From Antechinus flavipes (lineage: Eukaryota), in the NCBI RefSeq assembly GCF_016432865.1, contig NC_067398.1:725834001-725898000 (forward strand): DNA of 64,000 bases, given 5' to 3'. The notes under the pieces were generated by a model. That model searched no databases. It was not told the DNA's origin and was given only the letters and a program-made list of their open reading frames with translations. A program made the translations under genes and the position numbers. This document shows, piece after piece, positions 53,401 to 64,000 of the stretch. The stretch's first letter is position 1. Every line of letters starts with the position of its first letter.

Positions 53401-54702
53401 GCCGAAGGGAGAACGCTTCCTGGTCCCCTCTCTGCTGAGGGCGTCTCCCGGGGGCCCCTGTACAGCTCGGCCGATTCCTCCAGCTCTGCGTCTTCCAGAA
53501 AACCGTGGAGATTAGTAACTGTACAGAGGGACGCTGGGAGTTTGGGGTTTGGGGGAGGGCCCTTTTCGAACTGCTCAGATCTTTGGGCCCCGCCCAGATA
53601 ACTGCGGAGGAACTGTTCTGGGGGCGGGTCCCTCACCGAGGCGCTTCTCCTTTAAGGGTTTCCAGATTCCGGGGCCCCTCGTCCTGCCTGTCTCTCAGCT
53701 CTGACTGAGGTTTTGAAACGGAACCCCCAGTAGTGTTGGGCTTCCCGCTGGCGTCTCCAAGTGTCTCAAAAGGATTTGCCGGCTGCACTCGGGAGACGGA
53801 GGTTTTATTACGAGCGGGCGGACTCTGTTAGCAAAAGCAAGTGGCGGGCAGCAAACAGGTGGGAATTCCAATTGGGGGGCTCTGTTTGGGTTCCTGGGCT
53901 CTTGGATACTTCCAGTCAATTTCGTTTCAAAGAAAGCCTTTATTTTGTTCATTTTTAAAGGCTACAGAGGTGCTGCTGGGTCAGTTCCAGGATTGTACTG
54001 ATATGCAAATGTGTGGCGAAGATTTGAGTTCGAATTCGGGCCAGTCTTTTTTCTTCCTGAGCCTGATTGCCCGGATTAGTTAAGTCTTCCGGAGCGGTTA
54101 GTTAGGCGTCTTCCGTCCAGAGCCAGCGTACCCGAGCCTCTCAAAACCCACACTCTTGTAGTTAGAACGAACACGGTGTTCTTGGAGTCAGAATCTTTGT
54201 GGTATAGACAGGTCGGAGGCGCAGCGGAGTATCCGGAGATATAATCACGCCGCTCCTCCCTCAAACAGTATCCCTGGGTTACAACCACATGCTCCTCCCC
54301 CACCCCCAGCAGTTTTCCTAAGGTTACAATCGTTGAGGTTCGAAGGAGACTCCCAAAGTCTGGGGTTTCAGACCTGGGGTGCAAGGTGTCTCAATAGAAT
54401 TCGTGGACTTTAACCCATCTCTAAACTAAAAGTTTGTTATAATGATACCACGGAAAGAAATGGGCTAAATTCCAAAAGATTAGCAAAGAAAGAACTAGGA
54501 GCAAGAAGGTAAATTTATAAGAAGAAAAAAAGACGGGATGTTTCGTGTCATTGATATGTTAATTTTATGGCTTAGATATAGAATCCCTGAGGGACTTCTG
54601 ATCTCCTCTCTCAGTCAGGACTGCTTTTTCCCCAGTTATTAACAGTCTCTTGGTTGCCAAATCCAATGGGGCTCCACTCTCTCCCCTTTTGGTCTCTGCA
54701 CC

Positions 54703-55213
54703 TGATGGAGGTGAACCCTGAAACTGTGTAATCTATAAAAGATTTTATCTGTAATTTAATCTATAAGAGAAGGGAGATAAGGAGTCTCAGGCCTTCCTGG
54801 GAAAGCGGACCTTCCCAGACAAATTAAGTGGCTTCATTCAATTGGAGATCTTGGTCAAATCACCTTCCATTGATCTTTTGGGTGTGGCCCGGAACCCCTT
54901 TGGGAAATTCCCAGATTCTGGGAAAAAGTCTTCAAAATGATTTTATTCAATTGGAGATCTCTGTCTGATGGTCCTTTTTTGATTAGCCCAGACACCTCCC
55001 AGCCTCAGGCCAACATTTGCCCATATAACCAGAAGTCTGTTAAACCCATCTTTGCCAAACTTCTAATGAGTGTTGCCTGCTAAGAAAGCCTCCTTCTTGG
55101 TGAAAAATAAAAATCCTTTTTTTGCCAAGATTTCGGGGTTTGTGAATTCGTTCGCATTGGACCTGGGTCTCAGAGCAGAAGGGATCTCTTCCCCCTATTC
55201 CCACACCTCAACA
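54703..55213 (+). mobile_element. solo ERV LTR (about 511 bp)
   Basis: TG...CA termini (tgatggaggtgaaccctgaaactg ... cctcaaca); TATA-like catataacc; AATAAA near 55107; near-TSD CACC/CACT; same 5' motif recurs at about 20093. Confidence 0.7.
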
Positions 55214-55949
55214 CACTCACTTCATGGATACTGTCTCCTGGATTTTCTTCTCTTGGTTCTCTTGTGGGTCAGACCGCTTCTGTTTATTACTTGCTACACT
55301 ATGGGTGTCCCCCTCGATCCAGAGCCTTCTTCATTAGAAACCTCATTATCATTTCCTTGTAGATGATTCTGCAGCTCAGTGTAGCTAGTCTATTCACTTT
55401 CCTTAGCACCAGTCTCACATTATGAAACTGCTATTTGAGGTGGATAGGAATCTCATAAAAGAACTCATCTTTCTCCAGTAAAGCTACTTATCTTCCAAAT
55501 ACATTTACTTTTGTTGAAGATGGTGTCATGACCTTGGTGTCATACTAAGCTTTTACATTCACCCCACACAGCCAATTAATTGTCATAGGTTTAACATTTA
55601 GATTTAATTTTCTCTGTGACATCTTTTCTATGTGTCCTTTTCTCTATGTTTACATAGCCATCACTAGTGCAGGCTCCCATCCATTCACACCTGGGCTGTT
55701 TCAACACTTGCTGGTGAGTTTACCTGATGTAAATCTTGTTTTTCTAATTCCTTCTCTGTAAAGTCACCAAAATGATTTTTCTAAAACACAGATCTGACTG
55801 TAATTTCTTTTGTTCAATAAATGACATTTCTGTTCAATAAAAATTCTACAAGGTTAAATACCGATAGGTATTTCAAACTCCCCACAACTTGTTTTATTAC
55901 ATTTTATTCCCCTCCACATAGTCTACATTCCAACTATGCTATAACCAAT

Positions 55950-56560
55950 CGATAAAGTAGTAAGCTGCTACTGTCTGCAAGACACTGTTAAGTTTTGTGC
56001 ATACAAAATGAGATCAAAGACCCTGCATGAGGGAGCTTGAAGGAGACATGCAAACAAATGTGTTCAAACAATTACATACACTATAAATAGGAAATAGTTA
56101 ACAGAGGGAAGGCACTGGAATTGGGGGGATGGGGAAAACTTCCAGTAGAAAATGGGATTTTAGTTGGAATGTAAAGGAAGTCAAGGTAGGGCAGAGGAGG
56201 GAGATTATTCCAGGCATGAGAGATAGAGAAAATCCTCAGAGCCAAGAAACAGATTTGCTTGTTTGTGGGCCAGCAAGAAGGTCAGTGTCACTAAACTGAA
56301 GAATAGGTCTAAGTGACTAAAGCATGAAAAGACTGGAAAGACAGGAGGAAACTAGGTTATAAAGCTTTGAATGCCAAACGGAGCATTTTGTATTTGTTCC
56401 TGCAGGTAATAGGGAGTTACTGAAGTTTATTGAGGAGAAAAGTGATATGGTCAAGCTTGCACTTTTAGAGAATCACTTGTGTGCCTGAATAAGGTTAGAT
56501 TGTAGTGGAAAGATACTTGAGGCAGGCAGACTCCTGTAGGATAATGTGCAATAATTCAGA
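55950..56560 (-). mobile_element. L2 fragment
   Basis: gctttgaatgccaaacggagcattttgtatttg...ggtaatagggagttactgaagtttattgag; further L2 pieces about 55600-55950 and 57340-57900. Confidence 0.65.
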
Positions 56561-56587
56561 ATTGAGATGATAAGGGCCTGCTCCATG

Positions 56588-57338
56588 TGTTGTGCCACAG
56601 TTCCCTTTTATTGTCCTGCCTCAGTTTCCCTGAACTGTTCTCAGTTCCCTTTATTGTTCTGCCTCAATCCCCCTGGTTGCAACACCTCCCCTCCTGGGGG
56701 ATTCCTCCTGATCATTAGGACTGAGATAATTAAGGCTTGGAGATCTGGCCACTGGCATTCCAAAAGATAAAACTCCAGATGTACTATCTCATACCTAATT
56801 GTTATCCTCTTCTGTCTCTCTGTCCCAGACTTCCTGGCTCTAGTTGGACACCTCCTAGGTCCTCCCTATTAGTAAGAATTGATGGTCTTACCCCGCCCCC
56901 CAACTTGTCAGAACTGAATTGATGGTCCCTTCTTGAAGATTTCCACTCACCAGAGTTTTGACTCCCCCCCCCATCGTCTTTATCTATCTACCTGAGCTTA
57001 GAGCTATATGTGTTTCTTTTTTTTTTTAATATTTTATTTTATTTTATAATAATTTTATATTGACAGAATCCATGCCAGGGTAATTTTTTTTACAATATTA
57101 TCCCTTGCACTCGCTTCTGTTCCGATTTTTCCCCTCCCTCCCTCCATCCCCCTCCCCTAGATGAGCCATATGTATTTCATGGGAAACTCACACTCACTGC
57201 TGGATACTTTGAGACTTATTCAGCCCTGGGATCAAAATGAATCCTTTTGGTCCCAGAAAATCTCTCCCTCTCAGAAATCCAAATAAAATATTAAAAACTC
57301 TCTAACCTCTATCTTGACTCAGTTGCTCCAGCATTCCA
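56588..57338 (+). mobile_element. solo LTR interrupted by an L1 tail
   Basis: Starts tgttgtgccacagttccc; TATA-like gctatatg at the insertion point; AATAAA near 57282; ends ...ccagcattcca. Confidence 0.6.
57017..57162 (-). mobile_element. L1 3' tail inserted in the LTR
   Basis: poly(T) + attgacagaatccatgccagggtaat...cccctagat; 16-bp TSD gagc(t/c)atatgt(g/a)tttc at 57001-57016 and 57163-57178. Confidence 0.88.
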
Positions 57339-58039
57339 GATGGTGGTGGCAGTGTCCAACCAGAGAAATGACAAATGGGGAAAATGTTCAATTTCAAACA
57401 TGTTGAATTTAATATGTCTACCTGATATTGAATCCTAAGTTTTCGATAGGCATTTAGAAGTGGAAAACTAGAAGCAAGAGAAGTGTGTGTGTGTGTGGGG
57501 GGGGGGAGTGGAGGGGGGTGTGAATAAGTAGATTTGAGGATCATCAGCTTAGAGATGATAATTGAATCTATGGGAACAAATGAGATCATTAAGTGAAGTA
57601 ATGTAGGGGGAGAAGAGGGCACAGGACAGAATGGTTAAGTATGGTTAAAGGGTAAGATCTGAATGAAGATGCAGCAAAGGAGACTGAGAAGGAACAATTA
57701 GATAGGAAGGAGGAGAATCAAGAGAGAGGGGTGCCCCTAAAACCTAGAAAAAAAAGATTATCAAAGAGAAGAGAGTGATTGAGTGTCAAAGGAGAATAAG
57801 GACTGAGAAAAGGTCATTAGATTTGGCAACTAAAATCATTGGTAACTTTGGGAAGAACAATTTTAGTGAAATGATGAAATTGGAGGTAAGATTGGAGAGA
57901 AATTATTGTTTTGATGTTATGTTAATAACTAATTATTACATTATAATCAAGATTTTCTCCTTTATTTCCTCATTTAGGGTCCAGCCTCCATAGAAAGTCA
58001 GACAGTCTCTGAAGAACATGGCTGTTTGATGAAATATTC

Positions 58040-58480
58040 CTGTGTGTGTGGGATGGGTGCAAGACCCCTCTTTCCCAATTAACTAAACAAAGACATCATC
58101 AGGTAGGAAGAGAAAGCATTTATTTAATCTCTGCAGGGAGAGGTCCAGACCCACCTGGGAACCATCCCAACTTCACTAAGTGCTCCTGGAACCTGGGCAG
58201 CTCCGGCTTGTCCTGAAATTAAAAGCAAAAGACCTGAGCCTTCTCATTGGATAGACTAAAAGGATGTAACTATCTATCTTTGATCAGTGGTCACCAATGT
58301 TGGCTACCTCCCACAGACCTGTCACTTCCTACAACTTCCTGTATCCCAGGGTTCAAAGTTCATCCCTCCAGAGATCATATGACACTCTTCTCCCCCTCCT
58401 CCAGGATCCCAGCTCTGGGAACAGCGATCATGTGACTCAATACGGAGGAATACTTCATCTAATCAGTCCCATTCATTCCT
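58040..58480 (-). mobile_element. possible LTR-like element
   Basis: AATAAA on minus near 58120 and LTR-like composition; termini not resolved. Confidence 0.4.
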
Positions 58481-59449
58481 AACTCTCAGGGAACATGCTT
58501 CTCAATCTTGGACTCAGCCCCATCCAACTAGGATGGTGGGAGTATTAATAGAATCCAGTCTGGGTGAATTCTTGCCCCAAGGAAAACAGCCCTGTCCTTG
58601 TGCTCGCCATTAAATTTTAGGATGACCCAGTTCCTGAAGGAGAAGACAAACCAGAGTGGTCTGGATGGAAATGGATTCCTTTGTCCAAACTGCTGCAAGT
58701 GGCTGAGTCTCATAAAACCACATTCTCAGAAGGAGCAGCCGAAGACTTCTAGCTCATTTCCTCATTAACTGTTCAGCAATTAGGCGTGATTACCAGGGCA
58801 TCCTCTTGAAATTGTTTTGAAACAGCCAGTGTCTCCATCAGATTTTCCACCATCAATGTATTGATTTTTAGCTAGTCTAATTAATAGGTTGATTGTTTGC
58901 TCCCCATAAACTACATCTCTTGGATCTTTCATTCATTTCAGATTGGAAAGACTTAAGAGAGTGAGAGGAGGGAAAGTGGAGACCACAATTGTTTTTTGGG
59001 GGAGTTGAGATAGCTACAAAGGGCACAAGGGATGGAGAATAATAGCAGGGATTTAAGGGTCGCGTTTTATGGGGAGACGGGAACGTGTTTGTAGGTAGTA
59101 GAGAATGAGCCACTGGTCGCAGAGAGACTGAAAAGGAGGAAGTCATTCCCAACTTAATCCCCCTGCTTTCTTTAGTTGTGGGCTTGAGGGTATTTAATGT
59201 TATTGATCGATGACCACAGGCACGATTTGTTGGAGGACGGGAATAGAAGGGGATTGCTTGAGTAGGTAGAGGAAGGAAAATGTCCACGATGTCGGTGAAA
59301 GGAAGAGACGCAGGAGGCACCTGAGCGATCGATGAAGAAGGGGGAAGAAGCAGCTCTGGCAAATGGCCTCGATTTTTCCTGCAAAATGAGACAAGGTTTT
59401 CAACAAGAAGCTGGGAGCCAAGAGAGGCTTAAGAGGGATGGAAACGTCT

Positions 59450-61000
59450 GCAAGAGTACTGCGGGGCGCGGGTTCCTAAGGCAGGCTCTCCCGGCAGCGG
59501 CAGAGACCAGCGAGATTGGGGAGCCCAGTCGGAGGCGGATCCGGCTAGAACGGGCGCGTGGTTTTTCTGCTCCTTAGTCCCACGGCCGGCGGAGGAGCAA
59601 GAGTGGCCAAGCGGCGGCCGCCCGGGCTGGGCTTGGCGGTGGGACCGGTGACGGGGAGAGGGCCGGAGAGTTAGGGGAGGGGGACAGTGTACATTAAACG
59701 GGGTTTGTCTGCACCAAGTGCCCTCCGTTTTGAGGCCGAAGTTTCATTTTCTGTAAATTATCATGGGAATTGAATAACTTCTCTTACTTATCTGGGGACG
59801 AACCCGCCAGGGCCAAACACCGGCTCCAGTCTAAAGCCGGCAAGGACTCGGGCGTATGCTCACCTTACTCGAACTACGTTTCCCAGAAGGCCTTGCGGCT
59901 CTGACTGGGACTCCTGCTTGGGAATCCCCAAGACGTCACTTCCGCTCGCGCTGCTTGGGCCCTTTCCTGCTGCCTCGCCCCGGCTGCCTCTGGTTAGAGC
60001 GGGCCGGAGTTCTGCCTGGTGAGTGAGGATGCCTCCATTGGTCAGGCCGAGGACGGCGGCGAGGCTACGGAGCCAATCAGCACGCGCCTCTCGCTCCTCT
60101 CTCCCCAGCCGGAGGGACTCCATTTCTCCTCAGCCCTTTCTCTTTGCAGCTGCAGGAGGGGGGCGGGGCGATAGGTTGTCAGACCAAGATCTGCCGGTGT
60201 AAGTGGACCACAAGCTCCGGAGGCTTCTGCCCGGGAAGGGGCCGCATTGAGAGAGGTTAGAGTTTCCTTGGGCAGGCCCCTTCCCCCACTGCCTGCTGTC
60301 CAGCTGTGTACCTCAGGCACCGAGCCCAGCCCCGGAGGTCCAAAGAAAGGTGGAGGCGCAGGTCCTGCCTAGAGGGGCCTAATGGGGAGGCAAGCGGGGA
60401 AATGCAGGATAAGTGGGAGATAATGAGCAGAGGGAAGGACCTAGCCTGGGGGGGAGGGGAAGTGCCCCTCCCCCACCCTACCCCTAGCAGCTTGGGGGGG
60501 ATCCCGCTGGGGGCGGAGGTGACACGGACAGGCCCTGACCCCATGTTAAATCTGGGCTGGGGCCCGGACAAGAGGAAAGCCAGGGAGAGCGCCCACCGTG
60601 TGCCAGGCTCGGTGCCCAGGGGCACACAGCCGCGGGAGTGGGGGGCTCCGCCTTGTGTGCCATTGGTTTTCGGGCCAGAGGCTCCTCCGTGTTGGGGCAC
60701 ACCCCATTCCTCAGAGCCCCGAAGCCCCCGGTGCAACACGCTACCATTGCAGGGACCCCTACACCCCGGACCCGGTTCTGCTTCTGGCAGCCAGGGGTGG
60801 GTGGCGGAGCGATGGCCTTGTCCGGCTGTGCCAGCTGAGGTTGGGCAGCGGGGAGAGCATGGAGAAAGGGAGGCTGGCAACCCGGACCCAGAACCCGCTC
60901 CTGCAGGCCCAACTTGGGCTCCTCTGGGAGAGCTGAGCTGGTTGGGGCCGGGGCGGCCGGACCAGCTCCCTGACGCTCCTTTTCCTGCCCAGATCGGTCT
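59450..61000 (+). promoter_or_regulatory. CpG-island promoter of ZNF-D, possibly bidirectional
   Basis: GAACTACGTTTCCCAGAAGGCC (ZNF143-type) 59871-59892; CRE-ETS composite GACGTCACTTCCG 59932-59944; CCAAT boxes near 60037 (reverse) and 60073. Confidence 0.75.
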
Positions 61001-61035
61001 CGCCCTGCCTCCCGATCCCGAAGCCGGAGGGGAGA

Positions 61036-61068
61036 ATGGCCGGGCTGCTGCTGACCAGCCCCGCCCAG
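61036..61068 (+). CDS. probable first coding exon of a fourth KRAB-ZNF (MAGLLLTSPAQ); rest outside the window
   Basis: Acceptor tttttcctgcccAG at 60991-60992; gagaATGG; phase-0 donor CAG|GTGAGT; same short MAxxL...Q phase-0 architecture as the paralogs; no KRAB-A exon seen before 64000. Confidence 0.6.
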
Positions 61069-61419
61069 GTGAGTCTTGGGCCTCCGGGACGGCCCCCGGT
61101 AGAACCGGTTTTGTGGGTAATGCTTTTGCCCGGCCCAAAGAGGAAGGAGTCCTGTGGGCTTCGAGATCCCAAAGGAGCGTTCTCTTAGGTCGCATTTCCT
61201 TGTGGGTCAGGGCCCCGAGCAGTGCGGGGCCGGCTGGAGTTTCTTTGGGGACAGACTTGCTGCCCGATCTCTGTGGGCGGCGGGGGCAGCCTGGTGGTGA
61301 CGGCCCGGAGCCGCATGGTCCTCCCTGCCAAGCGGCTCTGGTTCTGCTCCCTTCCTTCTGCCGCGGTCCTCGTAAGTCCTCCCAGATTTCTCCGGAACCA
61401 GCCCTTGGAACGCCACGAT

Positions 61420-62130
61420 CTGCTCAGCCCGATGGATGGCGGTCTCCCAGCTGCCGCTTCGTTCTGTTCTTCTGGGTTGTTTCCTGATCTCTTTGGAGCG
61501 TCGGTCTCGAAGCGGTATCGCTGGGTCCAGAGTCCGGCAGTTTTCCGCTTCGATCTCCGGCACTTTCCTGGTACCACACTAATGGGTCTGTCTTTCCACG
61601 GTCTCTGCAACCATGACCATTTTTCTTTTTTTTGCCATTTTTGTCCGCCTGATTGGTGGGAGGTGAAACCTCAGAGTTCCTTTAATTTGCATTTCTCTAA
61701 CAATTAGTGATTTGGAGTGTTAGTTTTTCTTTTCTTTCTTTTTAAAATAATAGCTTTTTATTATCAAAATATGTGCAAAGATAGTTTTCAGCATCCACCC
61801 TGGCAAAACCTTGTATTCCAAATTTTTCTCCCTCTCTTCCTCCATTCCTTTTTTTTTTTTGGCTGAGGCAATTAGAGTTGTGACTTGCTCAGTCACATGG
61901 GAAGTATTGTCTGAGACTAGATTTGAACTCAGGTGTCCTGACTTCAGGACTGGTGCTCTATCCACTGCACCACCTAGGTGCCCCCACTCCCTCTCTTAGA
62001 CAGGAAGCGATCCAATCTGTATTAAGTATACAAAATTCTTTATACATATTTCCACATTTATCATGCTGCACAAGGAAAATCAGATCAAAAAGAAAAAAGA
62101 CACTTTTTTTGTTTTGTTTTCCCATATTGC
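61420..62130 (-). mobile_element. L1 fragments (ORF2 end and 3'UTR)
   Basis: acctcagagttcctttaatttgcatttctctaacaattagtgatttggag; tttattatcaaaatatgtgcaaagatagttttcagcatccaccctggcaaaaccttg. Confidence 0.75.
61849..61985 (-). mobile_element. WSINE1-type SINE nested in L1
   Basis: poly(T) + ggctgaggcaatt...atttgaactcagg...ctctatccactgcaccacctaggtgcccc. Confidence 0.85.
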
Positions 62131-64000
62131 TGTTGATTCCTTGGTTTTCTTCCTTTGTAAGCTCCCTATTCATTCACTCCGGCCATTTACCAGTTGGGGA
62201 ATTAACGCTTAGTCTTTTCATTTTGAATCAATTCCTTTCTTGTAAATGAGATCTATCAAAGATACTTGTTAGAAAGATTTTTCTGCAGTATTTAGTTATG
62301 TTAATTCAGTGGAGTTTTTATTGCTTTTGGTTTTGTTAATCTCCGCTTTGATGTTCAGAACTTTTATTTTGGTATTTGAAACGTTTGTATTTGTTCCTTT
62401 TCTAGGTTTTAGAATTTCCAGTTCATCTGTTCTTTTTAGTTAAAGATCTAAATTTCCCTCCCACAAATGTTGCTGTGTGGCCTTATTGTCTCTTTGGAGG
62501 TCACTATCTATTATTTCTATGATGTTTTTTGACCCACTGATTTCTTAGGATTATGTTATTTAGTCTACAATCAGTCCTTTTTTTGACTACCCTGTAGTCA
62601 GTAAAAAACGTGTTTTTTATCTTTTCAATAGTTAACATTCATTAAGCCCCTCACATGTGCAGGGAACTGAGGGTCCAAAGAGAGGGAGCTCAGAGAAAAG
62701 ACAACAAGCAAACCAATCTGTACAGATAGGTCTGAGACAGGATAGGTAGGGAGCACTTAACAGAGAGGGGGGAGCCAGGAAAAGCTTCTTGTAAGAGACT
62801 TGCCAGAAGCCGGGAAGGTTTCTGGGGCTCTCAGGTCTTAAGCCTGGGGGACTTGGGTACATTCTCCTTACCCTGCTAAGAAATATGCACGCTCCTTGCT
62901 CTTCCCGTCCAGTAACTCCCAGAGACCCATCACTTCTCTCTTTCTAAAAAAGAGGGTTTAGGCTCCTTTTCAGACACAGCACAAACGTAGATCCGACGTT
63001 AGCGGATGACCCACTGCCCCGTCTCGCCGGGTTTGGCCGTCCTGGGGCAAGGTCCAGAAAGCTGGGATGGCTCTGCACATTCCTCCTCAGCCTTCTGTCC
63101 AGAACCTGGCGCGCCAGGAGGCCAAACAGACGCCTGTTCCCAGCCCCGCCTAGTCCAACCACCGCGCACTCTTCCCTCATCGCCATCGCTGTTCATCAGC
63201 CCTAACTAATGTTTATCTGATTTACAGCAGGTGGAACAACAGGCACTTATCGAGCACCTACTGCATGCCAGGCTGTGCTAAGCCACAAGTTTATAGAGAG
63301 TGAGCCAGTCCTGGCTGCCAGACCCCTTCCCCCCACCCCCCACCCCCCCACTGTCTCCTTTGCCAGCTGGGCTTGTAGCCGTGGCTTTTGCGTCCTAATT
63401 GCTCGTTCTTCCTTCATTCTGGAGTGGGACTTTGTGTTAGGGCCAGACTCGAGATGCTTCCAGAAGAATGTTGGAGCCCTGGATACCCAGGTCTGAGTCC
63501 TCTGGGCCTCGAGTGCTGTGTACTTCTAGGATCCCAGGGGTGGGTCACGGCGGGCATTGCCCAACTGTTAATGCCCCCAGACTGATCTGAGTTGGGCATG
63601 GGCTGATAACTGCCCCCTGGTCTGAGCCGGGCACAGGAGCCGGGGCCTGGCTGATAACTGCCCCCAGTTGGCCTCTGCCGCTGCCAGAATCCCGGGTCTC
63701 AGACTGGGATCACTTTCCTTCGGTCCTTTGTCCAGGGGCCTGGGGGCTCCCAACCCTGAGCCACTGTGGTCTTTCCTGAGACTGTGTCCTTAGCTGAGGT
63801 CTAGCTGAATCAGAAGCTGGGACAGTTGTGGGGGGCAAGACTGCCTCTTGTCCTGTCCCCTGCCCTGGGGGCTTAGCCCAGGCTTGGGCGTCCCTCCTCC
63901 AAAGCAGAAGCCCATGAGAGCAGCTCACAGTGGCCACAGTCATAGGGGATGGAGGACAGTGGGGGCACAACGGCCACTTGTAGGAATGGCCAAGAGGGCT

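Noticed and set aside
58877-59577. Overlapping ORFs of 70-161 aa upstream of the ZNF-D island
   Set aside because: No recognisable homology or start/stop logic; possibly GC-shifted ancient repeat or lncRNA exon sequence
60257-61487. Long ORFs 60306-61487 (+, 393 aa) and 60257-61195 (-, 312 aa)
   Set aside because: P/G/A/R-rich ORFs in a very GC-rich island where stops are rare; they overlap on both strands, have no recognisable domain and run through clear splice signals

Overview
Vertebrate genomic DNA holding part of a KRAB-C2H2 zinc-finger (KZFP) gene cluster. It is most likely a dasyurid marsupial, inferred from the style of its L1 3' tails and WSINE1/Mar1-type SINEs. ZNF-A (+) is complete: start exon 2780-2803, KRAB-A 3528-3654, KRAB-B 3950-4045, ZF exon 6954-8980, 18 fingers, about 757 aa. 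A KRAB-only pseudogene relic lies on the minus strand (15812-16644) with a decayed promoter. ZNF-B (-) has KRAB-A 31907-32033, KRAB-B 31426-31521 and ZF exon 24628-25931 with 10 fingers; its 5' exon was not identified. ZNF-C (-) has intact start and KRAB exons but a spacer wrecked by stops and frameshifts ahead of an intact 454-aa finger ORF. The probable start exon of a fourth KZFP (+) is at 61036-61068 and the gene continues beyond the window. Four CpG-island promoters, many L1/L2/SINE fragments and several solo LTRs fill the rest. The most unusual observations are a tandem array of CTCF-consensus motifs in ZNF-A intron 1, the apparently split ZNF-C gene, a stop-free codon-register minisatellite downstream of ZNF-A, and CpG/GC-enriched old retroelements at island edges. 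No gene symbols are given because marsupial KZFP orthology cannot be read from sequence alone. Repeat family names are from recognition only, and repeat boundaries are approximate unless target-site duplications (TSDs) are quoted.
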